Origin: Heptranchias perlo
Lineage: Eukaryota
DNA: 64,000 bases
Reading direction: 5' to 3'
NCBI RefSeq assembly: GCF_035084215.1
Contig: NC_090327.1
Span: 114,142,001-114,206,000, forward strand
Shown here: in pieces, positions 36,056 through 48,559 of the stretch
How the letters are laid out: each line of letters opens with the position of its first letter
Numbering within the stretch: the stretch's first letter is position 1
Made by a program: the position numbers and the translations under genes
The notes under the pieces: model-generated
Databases searched by the model: none
Told to the model about the DNA's origin: nothing
What the model saw: only the letters and a program-made list of their open reading frames with translations

Positions 36056-36489
36056 TACTGTTGTGATATGTTACAAAATAGTAAAAAAAACTGTGACGTG
36101 GCATAAGTAATATTTTAAATTCTGGAAACACAAGATGACAAATTTGGAATCTGGAAGAAAACAATAGGAGCCCAAAACTTGCTTGATTCCTCAGTTTTGA
36201 CAGTTGTCTTCCTGTGTTAAATGTGGCCACATTTTCCCTGCACATTACATGAATTGTTGTGACTCCTTAGGCATTCAGCTGCCTTTTCAGTTCCATTTTC
36301 ACAATCAGTCTAAATAAAAGAATCCTGTGTCCTACCTGGTCAACAAGGGCTCATACATGTATGCATGTCTTTATATCAAAAGCATCAACAGAATTAACTA
36401 CCTATATACTGAGTTAGAACTGGAATTAGTTTGTTACCTGCCCATACATTTAAATACATCAACTGCTTCAAAATATTTGAGATGCAGAC

Positions 36490-36930
36490 CCATCCCAGCC
36501 CATAGCTCAGTTGGTACATACATTGCCTTGTGTGAAACTGACTTATACAAACCAGGAAGGTCTCAGGTTCAACCCTGTTGCGTTATATGATCTCAGATGG
36601 GGTGGCAATTGAAGCTCGATCATTGTCCTCAGTGTCCCTGGGCTAGGAAAGGAAAAGAATTAGCCATTGTCCCCACTCCTGATTGCTATCTAATGGCTCC
36701 TGCTGGAAAGTGCACGTGCGTAGGCATTGGGAGTGGGCAGGATTGGGCTCAGTTGTGATGCCACCCAATACAAACAAGCATACACACACACACATAATTG
36801 GTTAGCCTGCTAACATTCACTGTCCACGCTGACACGTGAAGAGTGGCCATTTGAGTGTGGAATTGAAGGATAGTTGATGCCTGTGGATCTGTACCCAGCA
36901 TGAGTCAGCATCTTCATAAAAGGAGGAATT
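36490..36930 (+). mobile_element. tRNA-derived SINE of a family I cannot name (most complete copy in the window)
   Basis: A-box-like TAGCTCAGTTGG, B-box-like GGTTCAACCC, 3' GTGGATCTGTACCCAGCATGAGTCAGCATCTTC shared with three other fragments in the window. Confidence 0.6.
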
Positions 36931-37109
36931 AAAAATGTTTTGTTTTGCTTTTTTCTGCAGGTACAATAGGGTAAATTTTAACCCCTAAGAACGGGTGGTT
37001 GGAGGCGGTTGGGCAGTGAAAATAGTCCATTTTCAGAGCGTGACTGCATCCCGGCTCCAACGCGCCCAATTCCAGGTTTGACCCCAGGTGCATTTGGATG
37101 TGCATGCGC

Positions 37110-38195
37110 AGATGAGCAGAGAGGGGACCAACGGAGGGGCCGACATCGCAGGAGGCATTACCCATGTGAGAGGGTTTACAAGCAGAGGCTGAGCTTCCTG
37201 GACCTCTCTGAGGAGCAGTGCCTACGGAGGCTCAGATTGAGTCACCACGTGGTCGCAGACATCTGCAGCCTCCTTCATGCAGAGCTGCTCCTGGTGGCCA
37301 CGCAAGGCCTGTCGCACTCAAAGTAACCAATACCCTCAATTTCTTCACCTCCGGATCCTTCCAGGGCACCATTGGTGACATCTCCAGTGTCTCTGGAGAT
37401 ATCCCCGACATGTCACATGTCTGCACATAAGTGTATATGACAGGTCACGGATGGCTTCTTTGCCAGGGCATCCGACTACGTTAACGTCCTCTGCGACTGC
37501 ATCAGCCAGACTGAGAGGGCAGTGGGTTTCAACTCTCTGGCTGGTTTCCCACAGGTGCAGGGCGCAATTGATTGCACACACGTAGCAATCTGAGGACCTG
37601 CACACGAGACAGCACTGTTCATAAACCAAAGGGGATATCACTCCATCAATGTGCAGTTGGTTTGCGACTACTGGAAGAGATTTCTGAAGATGTGTGGCAG
37701 ATTCCCTGGCAGCTGTCGATTCCTTCATTTTGCGCGGGTCCAACATCCCGGACCTCTTCTATGCACAAGACAGACTTACGGGCTGGCTCCCTGCAGATGT
37801 GGCTCATGACACCTGTGAGAAACCCCACCAAAAAGGCACAGCAGCAGTACGACAGTCACATCACCACCAGGTCTGTCATTGAACAAGCCATAGGAATGCT
37901 GAAGATGCGCTTCAGGTGCCTGGATCGATTTGAGGGAGCCCTTCAGTACTCACCAGCGAGGGTGTGCAGAATAATAGTCGTGTGTTAGGTCCTGCACAAC
38001 ATCGCTCAACAGAGAGGGTTATAGGTGGAGGAGCACAAATGGGCTCATGAAGCATTCTCATCTGAAGGCAACAATGAAGAAGACGATGAGGAGGAGGAGG
38101 AGAAGGACGAAGATGGGGAATCCATCACCAGAGCAGCGGCACACATGGCTGCTCGTGATGCCAGGGAGTCACTCACATCTAACAGGTTCTCATCA
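37110..38195 (+). pseudogene. Harbinger transposase remnant
   Basis: RRRHYP.ERVYKQRLSFLDLSEEQCLRRLRL, FPQVQGAIDCTH, RSVIEQAIGMLKMRFRCLDRFEGALQYSP; the LGD catalytic segment is deleted near 37790. Confidence 0.9.
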
Positions 38196-38521
38196 GGAGA
38201 TCTGCAAACTGAAGATAGTGAACTACTCAGACGCCTGGACAGCCACCACCAAAAGCACCCCCCTCCCCCCCCACTCTGTTTGCACAAAACAGTCCTTCAA
38301 TCACACGTCTCATCCATTGTGAACGTGACCAATGGGTGGCATCGAGTCTTGGCGTTCATAATAGAGAACATGAAAGGGCGCTTTCACAAAAGGAACTCAA
38401 GAATGGACAAGACGTGGCAGTGGTGGTGAAAATTGTAACATTTAATGTGCATGTAAGAAAAAACAAATATAAATGAAAAACATGACACTGCTTCAGACAT
38501 CCTTGTGCATACCCTTGGTGA

Positions 38522-39240
38522 TTACAAAACCTTAGACTTCCTCTTCCTACCGCTTATACGTGGTGCATCCCCTGTGGCTTCAGCAGAGGTAGTGGCAGGT
38601 TGCTCAGGTCCCTGCCCTGCCTTCTGAGATGCTCGCCTGCCTATGACCTCTGGGTTTTGGAGCCCGTGAGGGCCCCACCAAAGACTGCTCCACCTGCACC
38701 TGTGCAGGGGCAGACTCAGTCATCAGGAGAGGAGGCAGCATTGAGGGTACTGGATGAGGGGGAGCAATGGGTGAGATGTGGTAGCGGTTTAAATGGAGTG
38801 CTCACTTCCATGTCCCCTTTCACCATCATCCCTCTCCTGGGCCAGGGCCACATCACTCCTACCATTCTGCTGGACAACAGCTTGGAGCACATCTGTGACG
38901 TGTTCTAAGGCCACGGTTAAAGTATCTGTCTGCCTGTTTAGGGTGGCAGACGTGTTGGCATCCAGAATCTGCACAGCCGTTGGCATGGCCTGAATGGGCT
39001 CATTTGTGAGCAGTGCTTGAACCTCATTGGAGGCTGCCATTCTCTCCATTGCAGACATTCCCACACTTACCTGTGCCACCATCCTATCCTCCTCCATCCT
39101 CTCCGCTGTTGTGGAGAGTGTGCACGGCACGTTTTTCAGTACCTCGCAAAGTTGCAGCTGTACCTCCATCATTCTCATTCTCAATGATGGCCCCCGGGGT
39201 TCAGCATCTGCATCCAGCTGAGCAGAGTTTGGAGAGGAGT
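38522..39240 (-). pseudogene. Harbinger Myb-gene last-exon remnant
   Basis: ORF 38789-39184 (AERMEE..VAQVSVGMSAMERMA...QERDDGERGHGS) is homologous to 20675-21430; ends GRKRKSKVL-stop. Confidence 0.88.
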
Positions 39241-39969
39241 CACATTAAGGGCCTTCAATTTAGTCGCGATCGCTCAAGCTGACGCACAGAAAATTTTTCC
39301 GGGTTTCCCATATGACTATTCATCCCCCACTGAAATCCTGCCGCAGTACTAAAATTATGGCTAATGTGCCCAACGACTTCTTGTACATTCGTTGCAATTT
39401 TGTCACATTTCGTACATTTCTGTTACTCAACTGTTGAAGCGTAAATGTGGACCTCTTAAATACTTAAACTAGGATTTCATGTACAAGCAGAACAATTCTA
39501 CACCATTTGCGTCACTGTAGCTGGCATCGGAGATCTGTAAGGTAAAGTACAACACCTGTATCTGTGTTACAGTAAATAACAAGGATATGGAATATCTAAA
39601 AAACAAATCTAAATCCTATTGATTAGAATTGAACAAAACTTTGATTCTTCTGAAGTAATCCACATTGGCCTAAATAAAAGTGCATATTAATATTGCATAC
39701 CCTGCTCGTTCTGACTCATTAATGCTTTGCTGAACATAATCACATTGATTCCAATAGCAGTTAATAAAAAGACAAAATATTCATTAAACATAACAAGCAC
39801 AAGAAAGTAAAAAAAAATGAAGGATCAATTTAAACAATTAGCCCCCCCAAAAATTAATAACTAATTACTCTATACAAAATATAAACTGCTTCTAATTTGT
39901 GGCAGACCTTCAGCCCTGATGTATCTCTTTGTATTTCTCACCAGTGCTGACTGGATCATGGTTCAGATA

Positions 39970-40048
39970 CATAGAAACAGGAGTAGGCCATTCAGCCCCT
40001 CGAGCCTGTTCCTCCATTCAATCAGATCATGGCTGATCTATACCTCAG
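39970..40048 (-). mobile_element. CR1 extreme 3' tail fragment
   Basis: CATAGAAACAGGAGTAGGCCATTCAGCCCCTCGAGCCTGTTCCTCCATTCAATCAGATCATGGCTGATC. Confidence 0.8.
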
Positions 40049-40144
40049 GTTCGAATTAATAGAAAAGATTTAGAACATCGCACCCAGTAACATGTTAAAG
40101 GGGAAATGAACGCAACTGAATTGCCACATAAGATAAAAATCAAT

Positions 40145-41382
40145 ATGGTTGATTGAATTTTTTGAGGAGGTAACAAGGAGGGTCGATAAAGGTAACGCTT
40201 TTGATGTAGTGTACATGGATCTTAGCAAGGCTTTTGACAAGCTCCCACATAGCAAAAAAGTAAAAGCCCATGGGATCCAAGAGAAAGTGGCTAGTTGCAT
40301 CCAAAATTGGCTCAGTGGCAGGAAGCAAAGGGTAATGGTTGACGGGTGTTTTTGCATCTGGAAGGCTGTTTCCATTGGGGTCCCGCAAGGCTCAGTACTA
40401 GGTCCCTTGCTTTTTATGGTATATATTAATGATTTGGACTTGAATGTGGGGGGCTTGATCAAGAAGTTTGCAGACAATACAAAAATTGGTCATGTGGTTG
40501 ATAGTGAGGAGGAAAGCTGTAGACTGCAGGAAGATATCAATGGACTGGTCAGATGGGCAAAAAAGTGGCAAATGGAATTCAATCCAGAGAAGTGTGAGGT
40601 AATGCATTTGCAGAGGGCAAACAAGGCAAGGAAGTACACAATAAATGAGAGGATACTGAGAGGTGTAGAGGAACAAAGGGACCTTAGAATGCATGTCCAC
40701 AGATCCCTGAAGGTAGCAGGACAGGTAGATAAGGTGGTTAAAAAGCATATGAGATACTTTCCTTTATTAGCCGAGGCATAGAATATAAGAGCAGGGAGGT
40801 TATGCTAGAACTGTATAAAACATTAGTTAGGCCACAGCTTGAGTACTGCGTATAGTTCTGGTCATCACATTACAGGAAAGATGTGATTGCATGAGAGAGG
40901 GTACAGAGGAGATTTACGAGGATGTTGCCAGGGCTGGAGAATTTTAGCTATGAGAAAAGATTGGATAGGCTGGAGTTGTTTACTTTGGAACAAAGGAGGC
41001 TGAGGGGAATTTAATTGAGGTATATAAAAATATGACGGGCCTAGATAGAGTGGATAGGAAGGACATTTCCCTTAGCAGAGGGATCAGTGACCAGGGGGCA
41101 CAGATTTAAAGTAATTGGTAGAAGGATTAGAAGGGAGCTGAGGAGACATTTTTTCACCCAGAGGGTGGTGGGGGTCTGGAACTCACTGCCTGAAAGGGTG
41201 GTAGAGGCAGAAACTCTCAACTCATTTAAAAAGTACTTGGATGTGCACTTGAAGTGCTGTAACCTACAGGGCTATGGACAATGTGCTAGAAAGTGGGATT
41301 AAACTGGACAGCTTTTTCGGCCAGTACAGACACGATGGGCCAATTGGCCTCCTTCTGTGCCGTAACTTTCTATGATTCTATC
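40145..41382 (+). mobile_element. CR1 LINE RT 3' half
   Basis: ORF 40149-40781 DVVYMDLSKAFDK...GVPQGSVLGPLLFMVYINDL...KFADNTK; tail TTCTATGATTCTAT. Confidence 0.95.
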
Positions 41383-44300
41383 ATATCTTCACATTTATTA
41401 ATGACCTTTGCTCAGCCTTTCTTATCATGTTTTACGTTTTAAAACTGCTCGTTGGAGGCAACCTGAAGCAGATATTTTGTAGAAAATTCCTCCTGACTTG
41501 ACATCATAATGTTCTGCTGCACTGCTGCCCACAGCAACCATGATGTCAGCAAAGCAGAATCCAATGACGTCCCATTCAGGCAATTTTTCCCCAAATCTCT
41601 GCTTCCAGCCTGTCTTCAACTAAAAATTTTAAATCATAAAACAATGTGATAAGGTGTTCAATTATCTTCATGATATTAAGGATTACCTGGCAATTCAGCA
41701 GACCCTATTTCTCCTTTAAGTGACTCTTCACACACACCCATCATCATTTTAAAAAATCTTTATTGATGCAAATTATCACATCAGGAGGACTCAAAATTAC
41801 AAATAATAAATAATAAAATAATTTGTATAATTTAAATGTACAATGGAAGAAACTTACATGGACAAAAGAGAAGAATGTCTTTTTTTTAATTGACCACTAT
41901 TCAATTATAGGGATCAATTATTTCATTAAACATTTTAGTAACTGTTGCACACAGCACTGAATAACCTATTGTTTCTTTTAGTTGCCTGGAAGTCTGATTC
42001 TGTACTACAGTTTTCAAGCGTTCAGGCCTCATATTCAGAATAGACTAAATGGCAGATAACATCTGGCACTACAAATAACAAAAAAAAGAGAGCAAAGTCT
42101 GATGGAGCTTGCAACCGACTGATCCTTTATGGATCAGCTAAATCTTTTCTACTTTTTAATTAAAAGTAAAGAAAATGGAAGTTAATTATCCCGTAAAGAT
42201 TAGCTAGTGGGCATGTTTCTGTAAATTACTTCTAATTAAAAGCAAATTGTGAAATGACATTCAAACCACTGAACGCTGTCCTTTTGAACACTACACATCT
42301 AGTGCTGATTTTCATCACTGTAAAATTTGAATGTGTCTTATTTTAAACACAGCATAACTACTGCAATATTTCAGATTTTTGCATGTGTTCTGTGTTTCTA
42401 AAAGTATTGTAGAAGTTTATGATGCAAAATAAAACAGCAACTTTTACATTTAATGTTCTCCTAAACTTTAATATACAGCTTGTCTCTCATCGGATCCTCC
42501 TGGATCTTTTACTCTCATTCAATTCTGATGCTGGGTACTGATAGTGCTGCGGAACAGAACATTTCTTCCAGTTTTGCGTCTGATATGGTACATAGAGGAT
42601 ATCCAGTCGGTGACACAGTTACCAGCGTCCTTTAATAAGCACCAAACACGTACAACAACTCAGGAGTACTGCCCTTGCCCAACTGCCTGGGCATGTAGCC
42701 TACATGCTTGACTTTCTCACTGCTGTGTGGCAAATAATTCAGCAACACAGTCTTTAAACTTTAAAACAAATCAAAATAATGGAAACCCCAGTACTGATGT
42801 GGAAAAAATATAACACATTAAATTTGTGTAACAGCTTTAAAACTTGGCAAATTGCATGCATGTGTAAAAGATATGAAGGGTGTTATCAGACTCAGTTATA
42901 GACATACGTATACCTAAACATACAAAGACTAACTGGGACAATGTAGCAGTGAGACTATAAAATGTAGCACTCTGATTTATTTGTCTTTTTTATTTGTCAC
43001 AGTTATGCATAAACCTCAACTTTGTCTGCTGACCTTTAAATCACTGTAGGCAGAAGATGAAACCTGGTACTGCACACCTCTGTTTCAAAGCATTATCCAC
43101 ACAAACAGCATCTGAAATGGATTCTCCCAATATATAAAAAGTGTGTGGTGCTAGGCCAGATTTCCTGTGTACTCTGTTATTGGAATATAATTCCCTTTCC
43201 TTTTAAATGTAATATTATCCCCAGCCCTTCCTATTCACTACATGGGTTCATTTCCTGTTGCCACCAGTCATGCATTCTCAGGTTCAATGAGATGTACATC
43301 TGCTGTAGATTCAAACCAACAATGTGCCCCTCATGCCATACAGCCAAACAAGAGAATCTGGAGGTCTACTTCATTATTTGGGTATCCAAACATTTTAATA
43401 AGACCTGATAAAGACAGACCTTTAGTCAGCTCACTTTCTACTTACAGATCCCATACACTTTACTTAGCTTTAAGCATTATGAGACCTCATGAATTGTTCT
43501 TAAAAGTTCTTCTGTTGCTGGCCTTAGCTTTGCTTTATGTTGAAGGAATTTATTCATCAGTGGCACTGTGATGTAATAGTAACAGTGGCTATATGATATC
43601 TCAGACTCTCTTATCAACCTAGCGAGCCTCACCAGAATTTAGTTGCACTGCATCGCAATACAGCTGGAGCCAGGAGTTGGGACAGTGAGAAACTAGAGCA
43701 GTAACTCTAAAAAGTAATACTGATCTGAAGTTTTCATTTTAATCTCATGTCCCATCCAGTAACAGTGTTAATTTGTATTCTGCTGGAAACCAACACTAGA
43801 TACAATCTACTGGGGGAAGAAAAGGCTATTTTCTCCTTGCAAAAAACCCTGTCCAATTATCGAAGAAGACTGTGAAATGGAATTGTGTCGCATGATTAGA
43901 GGAGTGAATCATTTATATTATATACCTGATATTTATTGTTATCAACAAGGAAGACAACTTAGTTAATTGCATGACCTACTCCTCAGTAAATGGTTAAACA
44001 TTTAGAATTAGCATGGTGCAATCAGAGTTCCAATTGTAGAAAAATAATCTGCAAAGAAGTGAAACCTGAAAAGATATATGGTTGTTTTCCTAAAAGAGCT
44101 GATTCCCTAATTGGGCGCTTCCAGCGAGGAGCAGTTCTCACAGAATGTGCAAAATCGGGAAAATCACGGGTCCACAGCCCCTAATTTTACATCCCTTATG
44201 GATGGAAAATTACAGACTGCGAGGGCACCCGATCATGGAATCAGCCCGATGGCATTAAGTGAACTTGTTCTCCTGCGGTGCTGCAGCAGCTTGAAATTTT

Positions 44301-45325
44301 AAATAGTTATGCTTACTGTTATTTAATCTTATTTGGCTAAACTTTCAGTTACAACTTTCAAACAGCCAGAGTCACTTCAAACTTGGTTACATTTTCAGCA
44401 TTGGTGTGAGAGTATAATGACTGCCTGCTAGCTTGTTCCAAATCCAAGCAAGTGTTTAGCAGCAACTAAGCAGAAGTGAGTAACCATGAGCAATGACTGA
44501 AGATTTTGCAGCCACTCGGTTCACTACGAAGGGACAAACACACCCAATATTTAATAATATATAGATACATGGGGGAAGATTTCCTCTGTTTACTATTTAT
44601 TGTGAAACTGTAAACTTGACTACAAGGACACATTTTCGATTTTGCTGCCAATAGCAAACAGAGGAAATCTCCCCTGCACTGCCATGTCTGTATAAAATGT
44701 ACAAACTGGGTGCCACAAGAGCTATTTGTTTGCTATATAATTTTACAAGACTCGCAATTACCTCCCTCATGACAAAAACAAAACTTCTAGTACCTGCTAT
44801 CATGCTTTCCCTTGTGTTATGTGCATTCACTGATATTACATAGGGAAGTTTCAGAAACTAGTAATTCAATGGCATTTTTTAACTTTCAGAAAAAATTATT
44901 AACTATACAATCATATAACTAAGATGTCTTAAGAAGCAATCTTAAACAAAAACAATGACAGTGTTATGAGAGGGCAAAGTAGCCACACCCCTGCAGTGAG
45001 AACTTTGGAAATTATCATCATTTCTGTTATTACTGAACAGCTTCCAAGCACACCCCTATTTCAGGTGGCCCCACTTCCATCACATCTACAGTAACAGATG
45101 TTGTGACTGTAACATGCCATAGGCCTGCATTTCGCAGGTGAAATCCACACTTCTGCATGCACACATACCATCAGCTGTCATCTACGGGATTCTGAATCAC
45201 ACGGGAAACAGACAATTATATGCTTATCAAAAGCAAAATACTGCGGATGCTGGAAATCTGAAATAAAAACAGAAAATGCTGGCAATACTCAGCAAGTAAG
45301 GCAGTATCTGTGGAGAAAGAAACAG

Positions 45326-45362
45326 AGTTAACCTTTCAGGTCGATGACCTTTCATCAGAACT
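45326..45362 (-). ncRNA. Minimal hammerhead-ribozyme-like motif in the Penelope pLTR
   Basis: Minus strand AGTT-CTGATGA-A-AGGTC atc GACCT-GAAA-GGTT-AACT: intact CUGANGA and GAAA cores, 5-bp stem II, 4-bp stem I. Confidence 0.65.
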
Positions 45363-46785
45363 GGAAGAAGTTGAAGATTAAACATTTTTTAGGCCAGTAA
45401 AGAGCCAGGGAAATGGGGGAGGGGAAGGAAAGAACAAATGGGAAAGTCTGTGATAAGGTGGAGGGCAGGAGTGATTAAATGATAAAAGGGATGATGGTGC
45501 AAGGCAAGGAGGGTGGTAATGGGACAAGTAGAGAAACAAAAGATGGGTCTCGAGGAGCTGTAAATATCAACATCAGAACCATTACAAGCACCTTCTGTCC
45601 AACAAAATGGGAGCAGTGGTTATTATCTGAAGTTATTGAAATCAATGTTGAGTCCAGAAGGTTGTAAAGTGCCTAATCGAAAGATGAGATGCTGTTTCTC
45701 GAGCTTCTGTTGCGCTTCATTGGTACAGTGTAGGAGGCCGAGGACAGAGAGGTCAGAGTGGGAGTGGGACGGGGAATTAAAATGGCAAGTGACCGGCAGG
45801 TCAGAGTCACACTTGCGGACTGAGCGGAGATGTTCAGCAAAGCGATCACCCAATCTGCGTTTGGTCTCCCCAATATAGAGGAGACCACACTGCGAGCAAC
45901 AAATACAGTTTACTAAATTGAAAGAAGTACAAGTAAATCGCTGTTTCACCTGGAAGGAGTGTTTGGGGCCCTGGACGGTGAGAAGGGAGGAGGTGAAGGG
46001 CAGATGTTGCATCTTCTGCGCTCGCACGGGAAGATGCCGTGGGAAGGAGAGTGGGCTTTGAGGGTGGTGGAAGAGTGGACCAGAGTGTCGCAGAGAGAAT
46101 GATCCCTTTGGAATACTGAAAGGGGAGGGGAGTGGAAGATGTGTTTGGTGATAGCATCGCGCTGCAGGTGAAGGAAATGGCGGAGGATGTTACGTTGAAT
46201 GTGAGGCTGGGAGGGGTGGAAGGCAAGGACAAGGGAGACCCTATCATGGTTCTGGGAGGGCGGGGAAGAGGTGAGGTTAGAAGTGCAGGAAATGCAGATT
46301 GGGTAATCACTTTGCTGAGCACCTCTGCTTAGTCCGCAAGCATGACCCTGACCTGCTGATCACTTGCCATTTTAATTCCCCGTCCCACTCCCATTCTGAC
46401 CCCTCTGTCCTCGGCCTCCTACACTGTTCCAGTGAAGATCAATGGAAACTCGAGGGACAGCACCTCATCTTTCGATTAGGCACTTTACAACCTTCTGGAC
46501 TCAACATTGATTTCAATAACTTCAGATCATAACCACTGCTCCCATTTTTTTGGACAGCAGGTGATGGTAATTGCCATTTACAACTCCTCCAGACCCATCT
46601 TTTGTTTCTTTACTTGTCCCATTACCACTCTCCTTGCCTGGCATCATCATGCCTTTTGTCATTTAATCACTCTTGCCCTCCTCCCTAACAGAGACCCTCC
46701 CTTTTGTTCTTTCCTCCCCTTCCACCCACCCCCCTTTCCCTGGCTCTGTATTTGCTTAAAAACTGTTTAATCTTCAACTTTTACC

Positions 46786-46822
46786 GGTTCTGATGAAAGG
46801 GCATCGACCTGAAATGTTAACT
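46786..46822 (+). ncRNA. Minimal hammerhead-ribozyme-like motif, second arm
   Basis: GGTT-CTGATGA-A-AGGGCATCGACCT-GAAA-TGTT-AACT; one mismatch in stem II. Confidence 0.55.
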
Positions 46823-46924
46823 CTGTTTCTTTCTCCACAATTATGTGCTTAAGGTCTGATGCATTTCACTCCACTACTCTGCCTAGGAATTTTCATCAGC
46901 ATTAGTCCCAAGATTTGAAATAAT

Positions 46925-47830
46925 AAAAGAAAGACTTGCATTTATATAGCACCTTTCATGTCTTCTGAGCATCTCAAAGCATTTTATCAAAGTATCATAG
47001 TATGTTACCGCATAGAAAGAAGCCATTTGGCCCATCATGCCTGTGCCGGCTCTTTGAAAGAGCTATCCAATTAGTTCCATTCTCCTGCTCTTTCCCCATA
47101 GCCCTGTAATTTTTTTCCCTTCAAGTATTTATCCAATTCCCTTTAGAAAATTACTATTGAATCTGCTTCCACCACCCTTTCAGGCAGTGCATTCCAGATC
47201 ATAACAACACTCTGTGTAAAAAAATGTTTCCTCATGTCGTCTCTGGTTCTTTTGCCAATTACCTTAAATCTGTGTCTTCTGCGTACTGGCCCTTCTGCGA
47301 CTGGAAACAATTTCTCCTTATTTACTCTATCAAAACCGTTCATGATTTTAAACACCTCTCCAAATCTTCTCTTAACCTTTTCTGCTCTAAGGAGAACAAT
47401 CCCAGCTTCTCCAGTCTCTCCACATAACTGAAGTCCTTCATCCCTGGAAGAACGAATTAATTATTTTTGAAGTGTAGTCACCGTTGTTTTGTAGGCAAAC
47501 ATGGCAGCCAATTTGCACGCAGCAAGACCCCAAAAACAGCAATGAGGTGAAAGGCATGTTAATCTGCTTTGGTGGTGTTTGTTGAGGATTGAACGTTAAC
47601 CATGACACTGGGAGAACTCCCTGCTCTTCTTTGAGAAAGTGCCTAGCGATTTTTAATATCTGCCTGAACAGGCCTCATTTTGGAGTCTCACCCACCTCCT
47701 ACACCATAGCACTCCCTTAGTAATGCATAAAGTGTCAACTTAGATTATGTGCTCAAATTCTGGAGTTGGACTTGAACCTATAACCATACAGCTCAATGGT
47801 TAGAGTGGTATTACGGAGCTAAGGAGATAC
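46925..47830 (-). mobile_element. Deu-SINE split by a CR1 insertion (tail 46925-46990, body about 47450-47830)
   Basis: AAAGACTTGCATTTATATAGCACCTTTC tail; TTGAAGTGTAGTCAC, GACACTGGGAGAACTCCCTGCTCTTC, GGACTTGAACC head. Confidence 0.8.
46990..47447 (-). mobile_element. CR1 LINE 3' fragment
   Basis: ORF 47143-47355 FKIMNGFDRVNKEKLFP...WNALPERVVEADS. Confidence 0.92.
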
Positions 47831-48559
47831 TAGCAAGTATAGCCCATCAATCTGGGGGCAACATTTGTGGTGTAATTATCAATATCCAGCGGTGGTCCTA
47901 GGATCACGTACAGGCCAAGATACAGTATGGGAGACACAAGGAACAGAGGTTCTTTGCTAGAGGATGTTAAATTATTTCTATCTTAACGTTTGTAAGACTG
48001 GGATTTCAAAAGCTAAGTCACAGACTCAGCGTCAGAAATCCACAGGGCAGCACTAACGCTTGAGAAAGCAGCCACTGGACTTCTGCTACTCAGCCCGGCA
48101 GACTTACCCTCTTTACCATGCACAGATTGGACACGCCTGTTACTAGAGGTATATCTAGCCCACCACATTAGGAAGGCCAGAAAGTACCTCTGAAGATTGG
48201 CAGGCTGAGATGGGCTTTCCTGCCCCACAAAAGATCACAGCCCCCTTTCTAATGGGGTCGTTTAAACATTCATGCGCCATAAAACAAACCTTCCTCTTCT
48301 GCGTCCAAGCCGCATCCTAGGCATGGACCCGCCAGGTGGGCTCCACATCCACCTCTCAGCAGCCTCGTATGCCTAGTTTCATCAGGCGTACTGGCTATTG
48401 ACCCTTCGCAAGGCCTATGACAGATCGGGCACACGGTATCCCACAATGTAAGCAGTCCCCGTCCCTTCCTGCATCAACAGCCTTGTTTGGGGGGTATGGA
48501 GACTCTGCTCCCACAAGGCAAGATGAAAACTCTGGGGTGAGTTCAGGACCTCATTTTCT

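Larger units (their letters stand above)
36969..39361. mobile_element. Internally deleted Harbinger transposon (opposite orientation to 19192-23379)
   Basis: Ends GGGTAAATTTTAACCCC and AAAATTATGGC; transposase remnant on + and Myb-gene 3' remnant on -. Confidence 0.88.
45229..46839 (-). mobile_element. Penelope-like retroelement (GIY-YIG endonuclease region plus pLTR) with an inverted partial duplicate
   Basis: ORF 45623-46027 FTCTSFNLVNCICCSQCGLLYIGETKRRLGDRFAEH...LIFRLGTLQPSGLNIDF; 46290-46839 is an inverted copy of 45309-45862. Confidence 0.92.
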
